From Diadema antillarum (taxonomy: Eukaryota): a stretch of 64,000 bases of DNA. A program made the translations under genes and the position numbers. Position 1 is the first letter of the stretch. Each line of letters begins with the position of its first letter. The stretch covers positions 1,240,001 to 1,304,000 of the forward strand of contig NW_027270925.1 in assembly GCF_040938485.1 (NCBI RefSeq), in the 5' to 3' direction. Of the stretch, positions 61,572-64,000 are shown one piece after another. The notes under the pieces are model-generated. The model saw only the letters and a list, made by a program, of their open reading frames with translations, was not told where the DNA came from and ran no database searches.

Positions 61572-62630
61572 CGAGGAAGTACGCACGCGATAGCCAATTT
61601 TCTCATGACAGTTCGCACCAGCAGTTTGAAAAAGAATTATGTATATGAAGACAGTACTAGCATTTAGGATCCGAATGAGGTGTTTGAAACTCTGTTCAAA
61701 TTAAAACAGACACACAGAGCTTGAAAATAGCAAAAACAAAATGGCTTTCGAATGTTTTTCGGTAAAAGCCAGATATTTAAAAAGTATCACCAGTTTTCAG
61801 ACATATTATTGTACTGAAGTTTTCAGATTTTGAATCAAATATTGTAAACTTTTATCAAGTGGGAACCTTTCAGGATACCTGGCAAGTGGAAGCCTATTAA
61901 CTAACCACATCCATAGTTTGCAAACTGCAATCTGTCATGGTAGATCTGAGTTTATAGCAAGTGTTAAGGTATTCATTGTAGCTTATTCTTCTCCTTGATA
62001 TTATCAGTATTAACTTGTAATTATTTTAGAAATCAGCATATATGAATACCGATGATAAAATAATCAACAACAGTTTACAGTTTGTATAGCATATCATGAT
62101 TCAATATAATGTCATTTATGCAAGTTATGATAGTATCTAAACATTCATACAATCTTCACCTCATGTGCAAATGATGACGTAGCATTCAATTCATTTCGAT
62201 TTACTGATTCATCGTAAATTACGAAAGAAAAAGGTGCACATACATACAGAGAGCATGCAGGGTAAAGAATGAACCAGAGAAGTGTTAGAGACAGCAAGGA
62301 AATACAAGAGAAGCAGTGTCTACATAGTAAGATTTTTGACGCTTCTCTGCAGACGGCAGAGGGATAGCTGACTGCTGCCTCTAGCGAAGACTGTCATCAA
62401 CCAGCGGATGTGGCGGGGAGGGTCTCTTGCTCATGCCGACGTGACAGCGAGTAAACCACTGCGCGTGACACTGAACTTGAGCTTGTGGTCTCGAATTATC
62501 ATTGCTGGATTATTCCAGGGTATACATTACAAGCTTCGCCCCTGCGCTCATGGAAACCGCGTTACTATTGGGTGAGGAATTTTGATATCATGATTGTGAA
62601 TCATGTTATCTGATTAACGGTCTTGATCTA

Positions 62631-63203
62631 AAGGGCTTTTTACACTTGTGTTTCTTAACCCCGGACTTTCTCTGACCCAGGACTATCGTTAGTCCCGTAC
62701 CAATTTTTTCAGCTTTTTACACTCGCCAATTAGTCCCGTACTATCTCTTGTCCGGGGCTAAGGAGAAGACTGACCTTTTTACACTCGTATTTCTTAGCCC
62801 AGGACTTTCCAAACCACATGAATATTCATAATTACGCTGTGTACTGTACACGTACACGCACGCACCGGCAGCACTTCCCATGATGACCTCGTTTCTGATT
62901 GGTCAGTGAGGGTCGGACTTCGTCTCCGTCGCTTAGCCCAGGATTATTTTTTCGTTCTGTTTACACTCACTTGCTTGGCACCGCAATTGCGGTGCTAGCA
63001 CCGCAATTGCGGTGCTAACCCCTGCTATTTTGCAGGGCCAGATAGTACCGTACTATCGGTGGGGCTAGCCCACTTTGGCAAAAACGAGTGTAAACAGAAA
63101 GTGGGCTAAGGATAGTCCCGTACCAACGGTGGGGCTAAGGCCCCCCCTTAGCCCCACCGTTGGTCCGGGGCTAAGCAAAATTTTACAAGTGTAAAAAGCC
63201 CTT
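62631..63203. mobile_element. MITE with perfect 19 bp TIRs, flanked by TA (superfamily uncertain; Harbinger-like termini)
   Basis: AAGGGCTTTTTACACTTGT at 62631-62649 and its exact reverse complement at 63185-63203; subterminal cttagcccc/ggggctaag repeats. Confidence 0.88.
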
Positions 63204-64000
63204 TAGTGGTCCTTTTACACTTCTCCCATTTCGATCCCGAAAATAGAGTTCATGAGGTACATTTCTCAAAACTGCCCATTACTGATGAATGTCGGCAGCT
63301 TTCAGGGTCTGTTTAATGAATATGTTGATGACGTAATCTCAGAGCACTTGTCGGCTAATACGATGCTTATTTCCCTGGCTACATAGTGCGGTTCCATGAC
63401 ATCTGATCCGTCAACAAATGCTCCGCCGATAATTACTCCGAAAATTGCGATAAATGCTCCATCGACAATACCCTATTGCTCCGCCGACAATTGACGGAGC
63501 ATTTTGTCAGCAAAGCATAATATTGTGTCAGCGGCTAAAGCACTATATGCCTATGAAATATGAAACAATTTATTTACATAGTGAGTCAGCTTTACAATGT
63601 TAGCACAGAACTTTACCATAAGCTTTCATACGAAAATAACACATTGGCATTAAGATTACAAATCGAATTGAATTCCATCGTAGATTCTATAATCAAGCAA
63701 ATAATTAAACTCCAGTGAAGAAATAGAAATCAAGGGTGTTGATGGTGGGTGGGGGAGAATAGTTCGTCACAGAAAATGAACCTGTGGGATCTGCGTTGAT
63801 TGTGATTACAGACTCTTACGTAGATTTTTCACTAACAAAATGTAAGATTACTTAAAGACAAAGCCGAAACCCTGTCGTGGTCAGCACTTTGAAAGAAAAT
63901 GAAAAAGGAAAATAGATATTTCAGTGTATCTAATGAGCAGGGTGCAGTATTTTGAAAGCAAATTCTGAAACCCCTATAGTTATATCCAATGTCCGTGTAC

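Noticed and set aside
1-64000. tRNA, rRNA, CRISPR arrays, prokaryotic operons
   Set aside because: No cloverleaf, rRNA-like GC-rich block or regularly spaced repeat-spacer array was seen. The DNA is eukaryotic with spliceosomal introns.

Overview
AT-rich animal genomic DNA. An invertebrate deuterostome such as an echinoderm is likely, but this is inferred from gene and repeat content only. There are two assembly gaps (7665-7845, 47810-48086). Positions 1-46 kb hold a minus-strand tandem array of six two-exon class-A GPCR genes (A-F) on a ~7.2 kb unit, with a higher-order ~14.4 kb duplication. The receptors have a muscarinic/histamine-H3-like scaffold but lack the amine-binding Asp3.32. Their substitutions cluster at TM6/TM7 pocket positions. 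Each internal spacer hides a much older, decayed GPCR pseudogene of the same family and an ~870 bp foldback MITE. An intact EN+RT LINE ORF2 (CR1/L2 group) lies between genes A and B, and a decayed LINE RT lies at ~43.5-44.5 kb. Four minimal type-I hammerhead-ribozyme-like motifs of the Penelope type are present, two of them in GPCR introns. The right part of the window has two intronless GT31 (beta-1,3-galactosyltransferase-like) genes, several MITEs, a ~170 bp tandem repeat and an RFX X-box. I found no rRNA, tRNA or CRISPR features.
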